From an uncultured cyanobacterium (lineage in GTDB: Bacteria; Cyanobacteriota; Cyanobacteriia; Pseudanabaenales; Pseudanabaenaceae), in contig OY969811.1 in the NCBI GenBank assembly GCA_963703315.1, positions 3,840,001-3,904,000 on the forward strand: DNA of 64,000 nucleotides, read 5' to 3'. The notes beneath the pieces were generated by a model. The model had not been told where the DNA came from. It did not search any database and saw nothing but the letters and a program-made list of their open reading frames with translations. Numbering within the stretch: the stretch's first letter is position 1; every line of letters begins with the position of its first letter. The translations under genes were made by a program, and so were the position numbers. Of this stretch, positions 30,163 to 39,753 are shown piece after piece.

Positions 30163-30677
30163 CTTTTTGGTACTCAAGACAGTATCTACAAATTTAAGTA
30201 CTTTAAAATCAGGTGCAAAAATCTCTGAGATATCTGAAACCCAAGATTTATCTTTAACAATAGCTGGGTTGGAAACCTCAAATCGTTGTTCTTGTGGATT
30301 AAAGGCAATAGTAATTTTAATCCTCTGATAGTCTTTATTGATGACGTACATTCCCAGAATTGCTGCCATCAATGCTGTAACTCTCTGCTGTCCGTCAATT
30401 AAGATTCGTTTGCCTTGAGACGTTGTACCGTCTTTCAGTTTTACCGTTGGATTGCGCCACGCAATTAGATACCCAACTGGATAGCCTTGATATAACGAGT
30501 CGATTAAATCTCTAACTTTTGAACCATTCCAAACAAAAGGACGCTGTATTTCTGGGATTGCAATTTCCTCAGATCTAACCCAAGTTAGTAGAGTTTGAAT
30601 AGGATGCTGATTAACGGAATATTTTTGAATTGACATGGCTTATTATCTAGATTTAGTTAGCTTGAAATGACTGCAAA

Positions 30678-30872
30678 TTACCTAATTACACAACGGTGCT
30701 TCAATGGCTTCGACTCATCCTGAGCTAAGAAAGTTTTACCAAATCCCCCCTGTTCGATCGCCTTCAAAGCGCGATAACGCTCTTGAATTTGTAACTTAGC
30801 GCCGCATTGAGTGCAAAACTTGGTTGTTATTGAGTTTGAATGATCGCAAGCAAGACAAAGACAGTTACTCAT
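30678..30872 (-). pseudogene. N-terminal fragment of a cyanobacterial Ser/Thr kinase (4-Cys prefix)
   Basis: CL..C..N....FC..CG, RY....I.QGGFGKTFLA.D, truncated at CVIR. Confidence 0.75.
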
Positions 30873-31034
30873 GCCGAATGAAATTTTTTGGAAAGCTATC
30901 TTTGATAATTATGACATTTAGATAGGATGATCATCCATCCTCATCAATTACATCAAAGCGATCGCCAATAAACTCAAACAAAAAAGAGGATCAAACATTG
31001 TTTGATCCTCTTTTTGCCGAAACTAGCTTTGTGA

Positions 31035-31409
31035 CTATTGAACGATCACTTTGCCTTGCATACCAGCTCCACGGTGAGGAGAGCAATAGTAAGCAAATTC
31101 ACCAGCTTCATTGAAGGTGGACTCTAGCTCAGCCTTAGGCTTTTGAGCCAACTTCTTGTGAGAAAGTTCTTCATGACCATCAAATACGACGTTGTGAGGG
31201 AAAGCTTTGTTATTCACCCATCTAACAGTGTCGCCAACTTTGATTGTGACTACTTTAGGCTCGAATACTAGCTGACCACCATCGGAACCCATCTTTACGG
31301 TGACAGTATCAGCCGATGCAGGAGATGCGGTGATGAACAAGCTACCAATAACAAACAAAAGGCTAGCGATCGCTAAGCCTAGCTTTTTCGCAAAAGAAGA
31401 AATATTCAT
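31035..31409 (-). CDS. petE: plastocyanin
   Basis: Signal peptide, PHNVVF, YYCSPHRGAGM copper ligands. Confidence 0.97.
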   Translation of the reverse strand: MNISSFAKKLGLAIASLLFVIGSLFITASPASADTVTVKMGSDGGQLVFEPKVVTIKVGDTVRWVNNKAFPHNVVFDGHEELSHKKLAQKPKAELESTFNEAGEFAYYCSPHRGAGMQGKVIVQ

Positions 31410-31586
31410 AATTAACTACTGACTAAAATTCAACTGGACTTGCACTAATTCGACTCGACTCGAACTAAAGCAACTAAAACACGTAGAGAAAAGCTGTGGG
31501 AATTAGCTTTTGACAGATCTTTAGATATTTAAAGATCTTTTAGATAAACGATGACGCATGACTAGTGCGTGCATTATTTAATCCGT

Positions 31587-32084
31587 TTAATAGTATATCT
31601 TTCCGCCGCCCCAGCCGATACCTTTGACTTTAGGTTCGTAGAGGATATAACCTGCAATTAACTTGAGGTCATTGTCGGTGAGACCACGCATAGTGGGGAA
31701 AATATCGGTACTTTTGAGGCTGGGGTGAACGTCATAGATTTCAGTTACACCGTCATAGGTAGTAGGCTTCTTCATGAAATCCACTAAACCAAGCACATTG
31801 TTCCGCACTGGATATGCACCAGCCAAAGATTCAGGAGAAAGGTTAACGTTCGGATTGGTGAAGGTCGCGCCGCCGAGGTGGCAGGTGGCACAAGCATTAG
31901 AGAATAATTTCTTGCCCTTAGCGATGTCTTTTTGAGTTAAGACAATATTGGTCTTTTCGTTGAGGGGAACGGTACGCAACTCGATGGGGATATCGGCGGC
32001 ACTGACGCTAGGAGTGAAAAGCTGGAAGGCAACCATGACGAAGGCGATCGCCGCAGCTAGATATTTAAAAACATTTTTGTTCAT
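31587..32084 (-). CDS. psbV: photosystem II cytochrome c-550
   Basis: CATCH heme motif, PTTYDG, HPS, WGGGKIYY. Confidence 0.96.
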   Translation of the reverse strand: MNKNVFKYLAAAIAFVMVAFQLFTPSVSAADIPIELRTVPLNEKTNIVLTQKDIAKGKKLFSNACATCHLGGATFTNPNVNLSPESLAGAYPVRNNVLGLVDFMKKPTTYDGVTEIYDVHPSLKSTDIFPTMRGLTDNDLKLIAGYILYEPKVKGIGWGGGKIYY

Positions 32085-32171
32085 AATTACGGAGATAATT
32101 TAGTTAATCTAAGTTTATCTAAAAGAATTTAACCTGATCTCAAAGATTTGTTGCGACTTGCTAATCACAAA

Positions 32172-32372
32172 TCAATCCTTGGGTTTGTCAGATGGTTTTT
32201 GGGAATTTGGGGCTTCAGATGCCATGATTACGGCTTTTGCATCCTCCAAAGCAAGTTTGGTTTCAGCGTCTTGGTAAGCAATTCCAAGGCGATCGCAAAG
32301 TTGAAATACAGCCTCAAGAGTGAGTTTGTAGTCTTCGGCGATCTCAGCGATCGAATAGTCAGCAAAGCCCAT
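32172..32372 (-). CDS. small conserved cyanobacterial protein (IF-2 N-terminal-like)
   Basis: MGFADYSIAEIAEDY..LCDRLGIAY..LALEDAK, located upstream of psbV. Confidence 0.75.
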   Translation of the reverse strand: MGFADYSIAEIAEDYKLTLEAVFQLCDRLGIAYQDAETKLALEDAKAVIMASEAPNSQKPSDKPKD

Positions 32373-32516
32373 AACAATACTCGTATCTAGTTAATTCTAG
32401 AGATGTTTGTGCTATTTTCTCATGCAAACAATCCAAAAAATAAAGGCGGCGCTAAGCGCCGCCTTTATTTTTTGGATTTTATTGATAATAGATACAGTCG
32501 TAAACAGTGAACCGTA

Positions 32517-34397
32517 ATGACAGCCGTGACAGACGCTTCTAATAATTCACCTATTAATAATGCTGTAAATAATCTAAATGTTAATGCAGCTAATGCATCT
32601 CCGCAAGCCGCGATCGCCATTACTCAAGCACCTAGCGAAGTATTGGTTAATCAAGCAATTGAGATCTCTGGGACAGTAGATTTTGCTCAGGTTTTGCAAA
32701 TTTTGGTGACATTGCCCAATGAAACGCCTGTGGGAGTGCAGCTAAATCAAGCTCAAGGTACTTGGCAGGCAAAAATTGCGGCGGGCTTGCCAACGGCTGA
32801 GGCGACATTTTTGCGCGTGCGGGCTGTAGGGACAAATCAGCAGCTTTTGCAAGAGTTGATAGTGCATATTTTAGTGAGGCAGCCTGCGATCGCCTTGGTG
32901 GTCAAACAGGCGACCCGTTTTAAAGCGCAACCTGCGGACTCAGGGACTTTACCGCCCAATGGCAAGGCAGAGATCGCGGCAGGTCAAACCTTGGAGGTGT
33001 TACGTTACGGTGCTGTCGATGGACATATCAAGGTACTGCTCAAGCAGGCGATCGCCCCTGTGGGAGCGTTTGGTTATTTCTATGCGCCCCATGTCGATTT
33101 GATTGCACCAATCACGCTGACGGTGAAGCAAGATACGATTTTCAAGGTTTCGACGGCGGCTTCGCAGGCTTTGCCCTTTACCCAAAAAGCGGCGGTGAAG
33201 GCGGGGACAAAATTTTTATTGAATGGCTATGCGATCGCCGATAACCATATCAAAGTCAACCTTGCCCAAGCGATCTCGCCTGTGGGACAGGTTGGTTATT
33301 TTTTCTTACCCCATGTGGATTTGGTGAAACTGGGTGAATCCTTAGATTTTTCTAATCCTGTGGTGAGCGATATCCAGATTAAGGGCGCAGTCCTGACGGT
33401 GACGACAGATACCTTTTTGAAAGCATCTTCACAAAATGCCACAAGCCTCTCGAACTCACAAAAAATCATGGTCAAGGCGGGAACGACCTATCCGATTAGT
33501 GGCTATGCCTCGGTCAATGGTCATTTTCGCGTGAAATTTGCAACGGCGATCACCCCCATTGGCGATGTGGGCTTTTTCTATGAGCGCCATGTCAGCATTA
33601 CCAAAAATGGTCAGGCGATCGCCTACGATCCTGAGATGAAAACCGTCACCATTAAGCAAAATACGGTATTCAAAAAGCGCCCCATAGATTCGCGACAGCT
33701 AGCGGCAAATGAGTTAGTACCTTTAACCGCAGGTGCAGTCTATGGACTCGATAGTTATAGCCTCACTGACATTCATTTTCAGGTAACGCTTAATGAAGAT
33801 GTGCCGAATTTTGGTAGATCGGGCTATGTATTTGCAGGTCACGTAACTTTGCAAAAGGGGAACAAACCTATTGAAATTACTCCCAAAAGCAAAATTCTCG
33901 GAGTTCCCTATTTTTCGCAGTTAGATAATCCTCGCGATCCTTTTGTGACTTGCAATGTGACTTCGATCGCGATGGTACTGGCTTTTCATGGTGTGCGATC
34001 GCGCAATCCGCAACAACAGCTAGAGGATGAGTTATATCAATGGGTGATCGATCGCTATGGCAGACAGGCGCGAACGGATAATGCCGTTTTGCAAAAGCTG
34101 TATCAAGGCTATGGCTTTGGTGGTGGCTTTAGTACCGCAAGGAAATGGTCACAAATCAAACAAGAACTCATCGAAAATCGTCCCGTTGTGATTGGGGGCT
34201 ATTTTACGCATGGTGGACATATCGTTTGTATTATCGGTTTCGATGAACATGGCTATATCGTCAATGATCCCTATGGCGATGCGCTGACAGGCTACAGCCA
34301 AACCGAGGGCAAAGGCTTGCGATATCCCTACATTTATATGCGGGATATGTGCGGTGTTGATGGCGATGTCTGGGCGCATTTCATTCTGCCCCGCTAA
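32517..34397 (+). CDS. C39-like cysteine peptidase with N-terminal Ig-like region and four tandem repeats
   Basis: VPYFSQLDN, TCNVTSIAM (Cys), GGHIVCIIG (His), VNDPYG (Asp). Confidence 0.85.
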   Translation: MTAVTDASNNSPINNAVNNLNVNAANASPQAAIAITQAPSEVLVNQAIEISGTVDFAQVLQILVTLPNETPVGVQLNQAQGTWQAKIAAGLPTAEATFLRVRAVGTNQQLLQELIVHILVRQPAIALVVKQATRFKAQPADSGTLPPNGKAEIAAGQTLEVLRYGAVDGHIKVLLKQAIAPVGAFGYFYAPHVDLIAPITLTVKQDTIFKVSTAASQALPFTQKAAVKAGTKFLLNGYAIADNHIKVNLAQAISPVGQVGYFFLPHVDLVKLGESLDFSNPVVSDIQIKGAVLTVTTDTFLKASSQNATSLSNSQKIMVKAGTTYPISGYASVNGHFRVKFATAITPIGDVGFFYERHVSITKNGQAIAYDPEMKTVTIKQNTVFKKRPIDSRQLAANELVPLTAGAVYGLDSYSLTDIHFQVTLNEDVPNFGRSGYVFAGHVTLQKGNKPIEITPKSKILGVPYFSQLDNPRDPFVTCNVTSIAMVLAFHGVRSRNPQQQLEDELYQWVIDRYGRQARTDNAVLQKLYQGYGFGGGFSTARKWSQIKQELIENRPVVIGGYFTHGGHIVCIIGFDEHGYIVNDPYGDALTGYSQTEGKGLRYPYIYMRDMCGVDGDVWAHFILPR

Positions 34398-34432
34398 TTT
34401 CTAAAGGAGTCGCAAAGCGACTCCTTTAGAAA

Positions 34433-35197
34433 TTAGGCGATCGCCGATCCATCAATGACATCTTGCCAACGACCATTACCCACCGCACGGATGGCTTCTT
34501 TTAATTGAATGTCGCCTGTATAGATCGCCTTGCCGACAATCGCCCCTGTCACGCCAACGGACTCTAACGAGAGCAGATTTAGTAAATCCGTAATCGAACT
34601 CACACCACCTGACGCAATCACGGGTACATCCACATTTTCCGCAAGTTGGCGCAAAGCTTCGATATTTGGTCCCTGCATCGTACCGTCGCGATGAATGTCG
34701 GTGTAAATAATTCCTGCGACACCGATTGAAGTCATCCGTCTCGCCAAATCCACAGCCATTACTTCGGAAGTCTCTAGCCAGCCTCTGGTTGCGACTTTGC
34801 CATCACGGGCATCGATACCAATCATGATTTGTTCAGGAAATTCGGCACAAATCTCGGCAATTAGTTGTGAGTTTTCAACTGCTGCCGTACCGATAATCAC
34901 GCGACTGACACCAGAATTTAGTACGGACAAGATACTTTCGCGATCGCGCAAGCCTCCACCCATCTGCACCCGCATCGGAATTGAACGGGCGATCGCCTCA
35001 ATTACTTTCAAGTTTTGGGGCTTGCCTACCTTTGCACCATCCAAATCAACTACGTGCAAATATTTAGCACCTTGACTGTACCAGCGTTGGGCAACCTCTA
35101 CAGGGTCTTCACCAAATACTTCTGACTTTTGATAATCCCCCTGATAGAGCCTGACACAGCGTCCATCTAAAATATCAATTGCGGGAATTACATCCAT
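34433..35197 (-). CDS. hisA: ProFAR isomerase
   Basis: [43 protein letters not shown]. Confidence 0.97.
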   Translation of the reverse strand: MDVIPAIDILDGRCVRLYQGDYQKSEVFGEDPVEVAQRWYSQGAKYLHVVDLDGAKVGKPQNLKVIEAIARSIPMRVQMGGGLRDRESILSVLNSGVSRVIIGTAAVENSQLIAEICAEFPEQIMIGIDARDGKVATRGWLETSEVMAVDLARRMTSIGVAGIIYTDIHRDGTMQGPNIEALRQLAENVDVPVIASGGVSSITDLLNLLSLESVGVTGAIVGKAIYTGDIQLKEAIRAVGNGRWQDVIDGSAIA

Positions 35198-35344
35198 AAT
35201 TTTTACCTACGATCCCAGAAGCTTATTTTAGCTAGATTTAGCGATCGCGGTATAGTACAAATCAAGTAAAACCAAATTTATTGTTTCCGCGCCACAGGCG
35301 CGGAAACAATAAATTGCTACCTGCCAAATTTAAAAATCATTCCC

Positions 35345-36193
35345 ATGAAATCGCCTAAGCAGTCAGTATCTCAACGATTAATGTCTATTGGTATCGTGAT
35401 TAGCGTTGTTTTTTTGCTGATGGCGATCGGTTCTCCCTTACTGCAAGCAGCAGGGCTATTAAATCCTACAGAATTCCTGAGCTACCCCATCCATGAAGCG
35501 CCCTCAGCCCAGCACTGGTTCGGCACAGATTTACAGGGGCATGATGTATTCGCCAGAACAATCGCAGGGGCAAGTGTGGCGTGGCAAGTAACGATCGCCT
35601 CGACGGTAATTAGCATGGCGATCGGCGTACCTTTAGGGATGCTAAGCGGCTACAAGGGCGGATGGCTTGATCGTGGTTTAGTATTTCTCATGGATGCGCT
35701 CTATACATTGCCCAGTTTATTGCTGTCACTAACGATCGCCTTTGTGGTCGGTGCGGGTGTCTGGAATGCGGCGATCGCCCTCAGTGTTGCCTATATCCCC
35801 CAATATTTTCGGGTAATCCGCAACCAAACCGTGAGTACGAAAACTGAAGTTTATATCGAAGCGGCTCAAGCGATCGGTGCGGATACGAAAACCATCCTCA
35901 TCAAATATCTCGCCCCCAACGTCATCCAAAGCTTACCCGTAATTTTCACCCTCAACGCCGCCGATGCGATTCTGACTCTGGCAGGTTTAGGATTTTTGGG
36001 TTTAGGCATTCCCGAAGATGTGCCTGAATGGGGTCACGATCTCAAGCAAGCTCTTGATGCGCTCTCAACTGGCGAAAATATCTGGTGGACAACGGTTTTT
36101 CCGGGATTGGCAATTACTTTTATGGCGATCGGGTTATCGCTAGTAGGTGAAGGTTTGACCCAGCGATTTAGTAGCAAGAAAACTGAAAATTAA
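35345..36193 (+). CDS. peptide/nickel ABC transporter permease (DppC/OppC-like)
   Basis: HWFGTD..G.DVFAR, EAA loop YIEAAQAIGA, LGFLGLG. Confidence 0.9.
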   Translation: MKSPKQSVSQRLMSIGIVISVVFLLMAIGSPLLQAAGLLNPTEFLSYPIHEAPSAQHWFGTDLQGHDVFARTIAGASVAWQVTIASTVISMAIGVPLGMLSGYKGGWLDRGLVFLMDALYTLPSLLLSLTIAFVVGAGVWNAAIALSVAYIPQYFRVIRNQTVSTKTEVYIEAAQAIGADTKTILIKYLAPNVIQSLPVIFTLNAADAILTLAGLGFLGLGIPEDVPEWGHDLKQALDALSTGENIWWTTVFPGLAITFMAIGLSLVGEGLTQRFSSKKTEN

Positions 36194-36384
36194 CTATATC
36201 TTCCCCATAATGAAGAACCCTATTTTTCAATCAACTCATTACAAGCTACTGTCAAATTTAAATAGATAAATATCAGCTAAAACTTTCCATCTACTAAACT
36301 AAATTTATGCTAGTCAGACAGCAACTCTCTGTTTAATGGCTAGTTATGCAAATTACATCTAAAACACCATTACTTTAGAAAAAT

Positions 36385-37515
36385 ATGTTTTATTCGAGAA
36401 GAATCAACAAAGATACTCAGAAAGTCGAGGTCTGGGAATGTGAGTGGTCAAATAAAGGCACTGGAATGGCGAAGAAGGAATACATTTGCAAAGTAGGGGA
36501 GGAAGAAGACATTGATTTCTCACATGATGACTATAGCGCAGCCGATGCTGTTTGTTGGGCTCCTGGTCGAACAATCGGAAATATTGCGGTTAGCTCAGAG
36601 GAAGCCTTCGGTATGTTTGAAGGAACATCTGGTGACGATGCTATTCTTCCTTGTCAAATAATTCCTGCTGGTAAATTTCGGAATGGGGCAAAAAGGTGGT
36701 ACTGCAAAACACATCAGATACACTGGGGGGTAAAAGCTGACTATGCCGCCGCCTCTGAGTCAGGAGAAGTGAATTGCAGTAATCATCTCATTAAGATGAG
36801 CTATGTCATTAACCCATTAGAAATAGAGTTTAAGGACTTTGAAGAAATTGGCATTTGGTGCTCCCTTCCTCCAGCGTTATCTTCAGAAAGCATAAAAAAA
36901 AGATCTCCAAAAATTCATGTACACAAGCGATTTGGTAATAAGGCAAACAAGGCAGTGGACAGTGATTTTGACGCTATTGTTTGTTCTTACAATGCAGAAA
37001 TGAGCTTATTTGCCAATCCAGAGATTACAAAAATCCAAATAACACCTCCCTCTGCATTTGAGTTTGTCCGCTCTATTGAAGAAGGTCGAAAGATGTCTTG
37101 TGTTACGTGTAAAAAGTGTGGCTATCCCCATCTTGATTTGGGGGACTTCGCAGTTAGTCCACACAAGAAGCATTTTTGTGGGAACTGTGGGAACGACAGC
37201 ATTTGGAGCACTGAACCCATAGTTTCAACTCCGTTAAAACCATTGCATGATCAGTTTAGTAATAGTAATACATATACTTTTCCTGACAGAACTTTATGCC
37301 TAGATGATTATGCTGGGCTAAAGTTTGAGTTATGGGCTTCTACTCCAGCAGTTTTGTGGACGGCAAACCGCCCGCAAGAAAAGGGTATACATGTTCATGT
37401 ATACAAAAATGGTAGGCGCATTGTGGATGATACATTTGGTACTGTAATTTCTCAAGGAAAGGAATTACAGAGAGAAGCTATGTGGGAAAACATGGTGCAA
37501 AATACTTTGTATTAA
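36385..37515 (+). CDS. Cys/His-rich hypothetical protein (putative Zn-binding)
   Basis: 376-aa ORF with WYCKTH, CxxC (CKKC), HKKHFCGNCG; no recognisable family. Confidence 0.8.
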   Translation: MFYSRRINKDTQKVEVWECEWSNKGTGMAKKEYICKVGEEEDIDFSHDDYSAADAVCWAPGRTIGNIAVSSEEAFGMFEGTSGDDAILPCQIIPAGKFRNGAKRWYCKTHQIHWGVKADYAAASESGEVNCSNHLIKMSYVINPLEIEFKDFEEIGIWCSLPPALSSESIKKRSPKIHVHKRFGNKANKAVDSDFDAIVCSYNAEMSLFANPEITKIQITPPSAFEFVRSIEEGRKMSCVTCKKCGYPHLDLGDFAVSPHKKHFCGNCGNDSIWSTEPIVSTPLKPLHDQFSNSNTYTFPDRTLCLDDYAGLKFELWASTPAVLWTANRPQEKGIHVHVYKNGRRIVDDTFGTVISQGKELQREAMWENMVQNTLY

Positions 37516-37582
37516 AAGTGCGATCGCCAATCTTATGGTGCGATCGCTGGTTTTCCAAGAAAGATTAATGGCTATATAATTT

Positions 37583-37846
37583 GTGTATGGATGTGTAGAA
37601 AAGGAAACAAATGTCGTGAGCCAAGCAGAAATCAAAGAATCTTTGCTAACTAGCGCAAGTTTTTATAGCCTATTTCAAACCCTCCCCTCAGAAATTCGGC
37701 AAGGCTTTCTACAACTTTTATTTCAAAATAATTCCTCTGAATTAGAGGACTCTATCCTTTATTTAGCTTGTGAAAATTCTTGCAAAGAAGGCTTTTTATC
37801 TGAATTAGAGTCACAATCTCTCTTGGCGAGTTTGCCTCGATCATAG
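37583..37846 (+). CDS. hypothetical protein (antitoxin-like size)
   Basis: ORF; start uncertain. Confidence 0.5.
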   Translation: MYGCVEKETNVVSQAEIKESLLTSASFYSLFQTLPSEIRQGFLQLLFQNNSSELEDSILYLACENSCKEGFLSELESQSLLASLPRS

Positions 37847-37852
37847 CTATAT

Positions 37853-38251
37853 ATGTATTTCGACTTTCTCATTCCTAAGCGTCCCGTATCTTTGCAAACA
37901 AGAAAAACCGCGAATTTGCAGGCATGGAAACAATATGTTAGAGATGAAGCTGCAAAAACTTGGACAGGACAAATTTTTTCTGGACAAGATCTTCACCTAA
38001 CATTAATATATCTTTACAATAGCGATCCTGTTGATACGGACAACATTATCAAACCAATACAGGATGCACTTATTGGGCTTGTTTACGATGATGATTTACT
38101 GATTACAGACGTAGACGCGCATCGCCGCTCACTATCTGGCACATTTGACCTTACGCTATGTCCAATACTACTTGTTCAAGGCATAACATCGGGCTTAGAA
38201 TGTGTATATGTTAGAGTTTCTGAATCTAAACCATTGGAGGACTACTTATGA
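37853..38251 (+). CDS. RusA family endodeoxyribonuclease
   Basis: DTDNIIKPIQDALIGLVYDDD matches the RusA DxDNxxKxxxDAL..xDD motif. Confidence 0.88.
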   Translation: MYFDFLIPKRPVSLQTRKTANLQAWKQYVRDEAAKTWTGQIFSGQDLHLTLIYLYNSDPVDTDNIIKPIQDALIGLVYDDDLLITDVDAHRRSLSGTFDLTLCPILLVQGITSGLECVYVRVSESKPLEDYL

Positions 38252-38937
38252 CTGTTGATTCTCAATTAGCTGAAAAGGGTTTAGACACTAAAGTTTTAGA
38301 AAAAAACAGATTACAAGAAATCGCCGAAAAATATAGACTGCAAGGATTTGAAGTTGTAATCGAGCCTTCTAAATCCTTGCTTCCTTTTGACTTGGGAAAT
38401 TATTGTCCAGATCTTATTGCAAGAAAGGGATTGGATGAAGGTTACATAATTGAACTTAAAAACTCCATTGCTAAAATCTCCGTCGATCGCTATCGAGAGA
38501 TTGCCGAAATAGTAGCTCAGCATCATGGTTGGCGATTTTTACTGATCACTGGAGAAGATATCTCTTTAGGCGATCCTCAAGATGATAGTGAATTACTGAC
38601 TTGGGAACAGATGTTGCAACGTCAAGAACAGGCTCAAAGATTTTTAGCGATCGCTGAAGTGGAAGTTGCCTTTCTGTATTTATGGGGGATTTTGGAAGCG
38701 GCGATGCGTCGTCAAGCTAGGCAAGTTGCAATTCCGATAGAACGGTTTCCTGCTAACTCTTTAATTAATCATTTATATTCTCAAGGTGAGCTTTCGATGG
38801 AGCAGTTTGATCAAGTGAGAGTAATTCAAACTGTACGCGATCGGCTTATACATGGGTATCAATTGCCTAATCTTGAGGAACCTACCAAACAATTGCAAGG
38901 GCTTGTTAATGAATTAATTGCAATGTGGAAGATTTAA
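38248..38937 (+). CDS. REase_AHJR-like PD-(D/E)XK nuclease with C-terminal HEPN-like domain
   Basis: YRLQGFEV, YCPDLIARK..IIELK; C-terminal RDRLIH (Rx4H); ATGA-coupled to the RusA gene. Confidence 0.72.
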   Translation: MTVDSQLAEKGLDTKVLEKNRLQEIAEKYRLQGFEVVIEPSKSLLPFDLGNYCPDLIARKGLDEGYIIELKNSIAKISVDRYREIAEIVAQHHGWRFLLITGEDISLGDPQDDSELLTWEQMLQRQEQAQRFLAIAEVEVAFLYLWGILEAAMRRQARQVAIPIERFPANSLINHLYSQGELSMEQFDQVRVIQTVRDRLIHGYQLPNLEEPTKQLQGLVNELIAMWKI

Positions 38938-39063
38938 ATTTGGTATTAAGGGTTAGTGTGATTGCCATGCTGGAAAATGACTCAGGGAAATTTGTGTGCT
39001 AATATCATGATTAATGATTATGTTGAAATGAAGTAGCAATAGAGTTGCTAAAACAAAGAATGA

Positions 39064-39273
39064 GTGAACATACTGAGATACTGTCAAGACTTGCTTGCTG
39101 CTGTTGAAGCGAATCAAGCTGAGATATTGTCAAGACTTGCTGCTGTTGAAGCGGGTAATGTGTTTGGTTTATCTAATTTGGCAGAGATTGAACCGAATGA
39201 AGTGCTTAGAAGGTTGAGATTGGCTTTTGATGATTTACCCTCGCAAGAGAGTAATACTTACAAGGCTAATTGA
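39064..39273 (+). CDS. hypothetical protein
   Basis: Short ORF with an internal duplication TGTCAAGACTTGCT(T)GCTGTTGAAGCG. Confidence 0.4.
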   Translation: MNILRYCQDLLAAVEANQAEILSRLAAVEAGNVFGLSNLAEIEPNEVLRRLRLAFDDLPSQESNTYKAN

Positions 39274-39286
39274 ATAAGGTTATATT

Positions 39287-39586
39287 ATGAAATATAGATA
39301 TTCTTTTACATACAAAGATTTAGAGTCTGGCGAAGTTGTTGAGAATGAAGTTAGTTCTAATAAGGAGATAGCTCCTGATGCTCTCTTCCTTAGAATATTT
39401 ACTGATTACACAGAAAAGACACTCGGTGACTGTCTTTCTTGGGAAGGTGAAAGTGATTCTTTCCCAAAGTCAACTTCTGAACTGCGTAGTGATTCTGCAA
39501 GTAACTTCCAGAAAATGGAATTTGAGTTAACTGGTGTTCTTCTTGAAGACTCATCAACGCTTCAGGTTGATAGATTTTCTTGGTAA
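39287..39586 (+). CDS. acidic hypothetical protein
   Basis: ORF with AAGG upstream. Confidence 0.55.
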   Translation: MKYRYSFTYKDLESGEVVENEVSSNKEIAPDALFLRIFTDYTEKTLGDCLSWEGESDSFPKSTSELRSDSASNFQKMEFELTGVLLEDSSTLQVDRFSW

Positions 39587-39753
39587 AAAGTAGCGATTGC
39601 TGATAGTGTAGGGTGCGTTACGCTACGCCAATGCACCCTATGGGGATTTTATTTGTCTGCTTTCCTTCAAGACTTTAAACAGTATCAATTCTTACGCATT
39701 GTGGTTGTTATTAAACATTTTTAAACAAAAATTAGAGAAGCGTAAAGCACCAT

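Larger units (their letters stand above)
28924..30187 (+). mobile_element. IS110-family (IS621-like) insertion sequence
   Basis: CT core at both ends (28924-25, 30186-87); left end CT-TGTAT, right end ACAGTAT-CT; no TIR; 250 bp 5' non-coding end. Confidence 0.93.
27578..30636 (-). pseudogene. GmrSD-type restriction endonuclease (DUF262 + DUF1524/HNH-like), interrupted by IS110
   Basis: N-part [20 protein letters not shown]-part [17 protein letters not shown]. Removing the IS rejoins ...KFVGEYCDRN... in frame (1797 nt, 598 aa). Confidence 0.88.

Noticed and set aside
28914..30185. CAGTAT near both IS110 junctions as a 6-bp TSD
   Set aside because: Using it leaves the GmrSD gene out of frame; the CT core restores the frame and matches the guides.
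30091..30185. C-terminal tail of the 181-aa ORF, and ORFs 28849..29115 and 29894..30328
   Set aside because: Read-through or antisense frames created by the IS110 insertion.
37853..38251. RusA as evidence of a prophage
   Set aside because: No integrase, structural or replication phage genes nearby.
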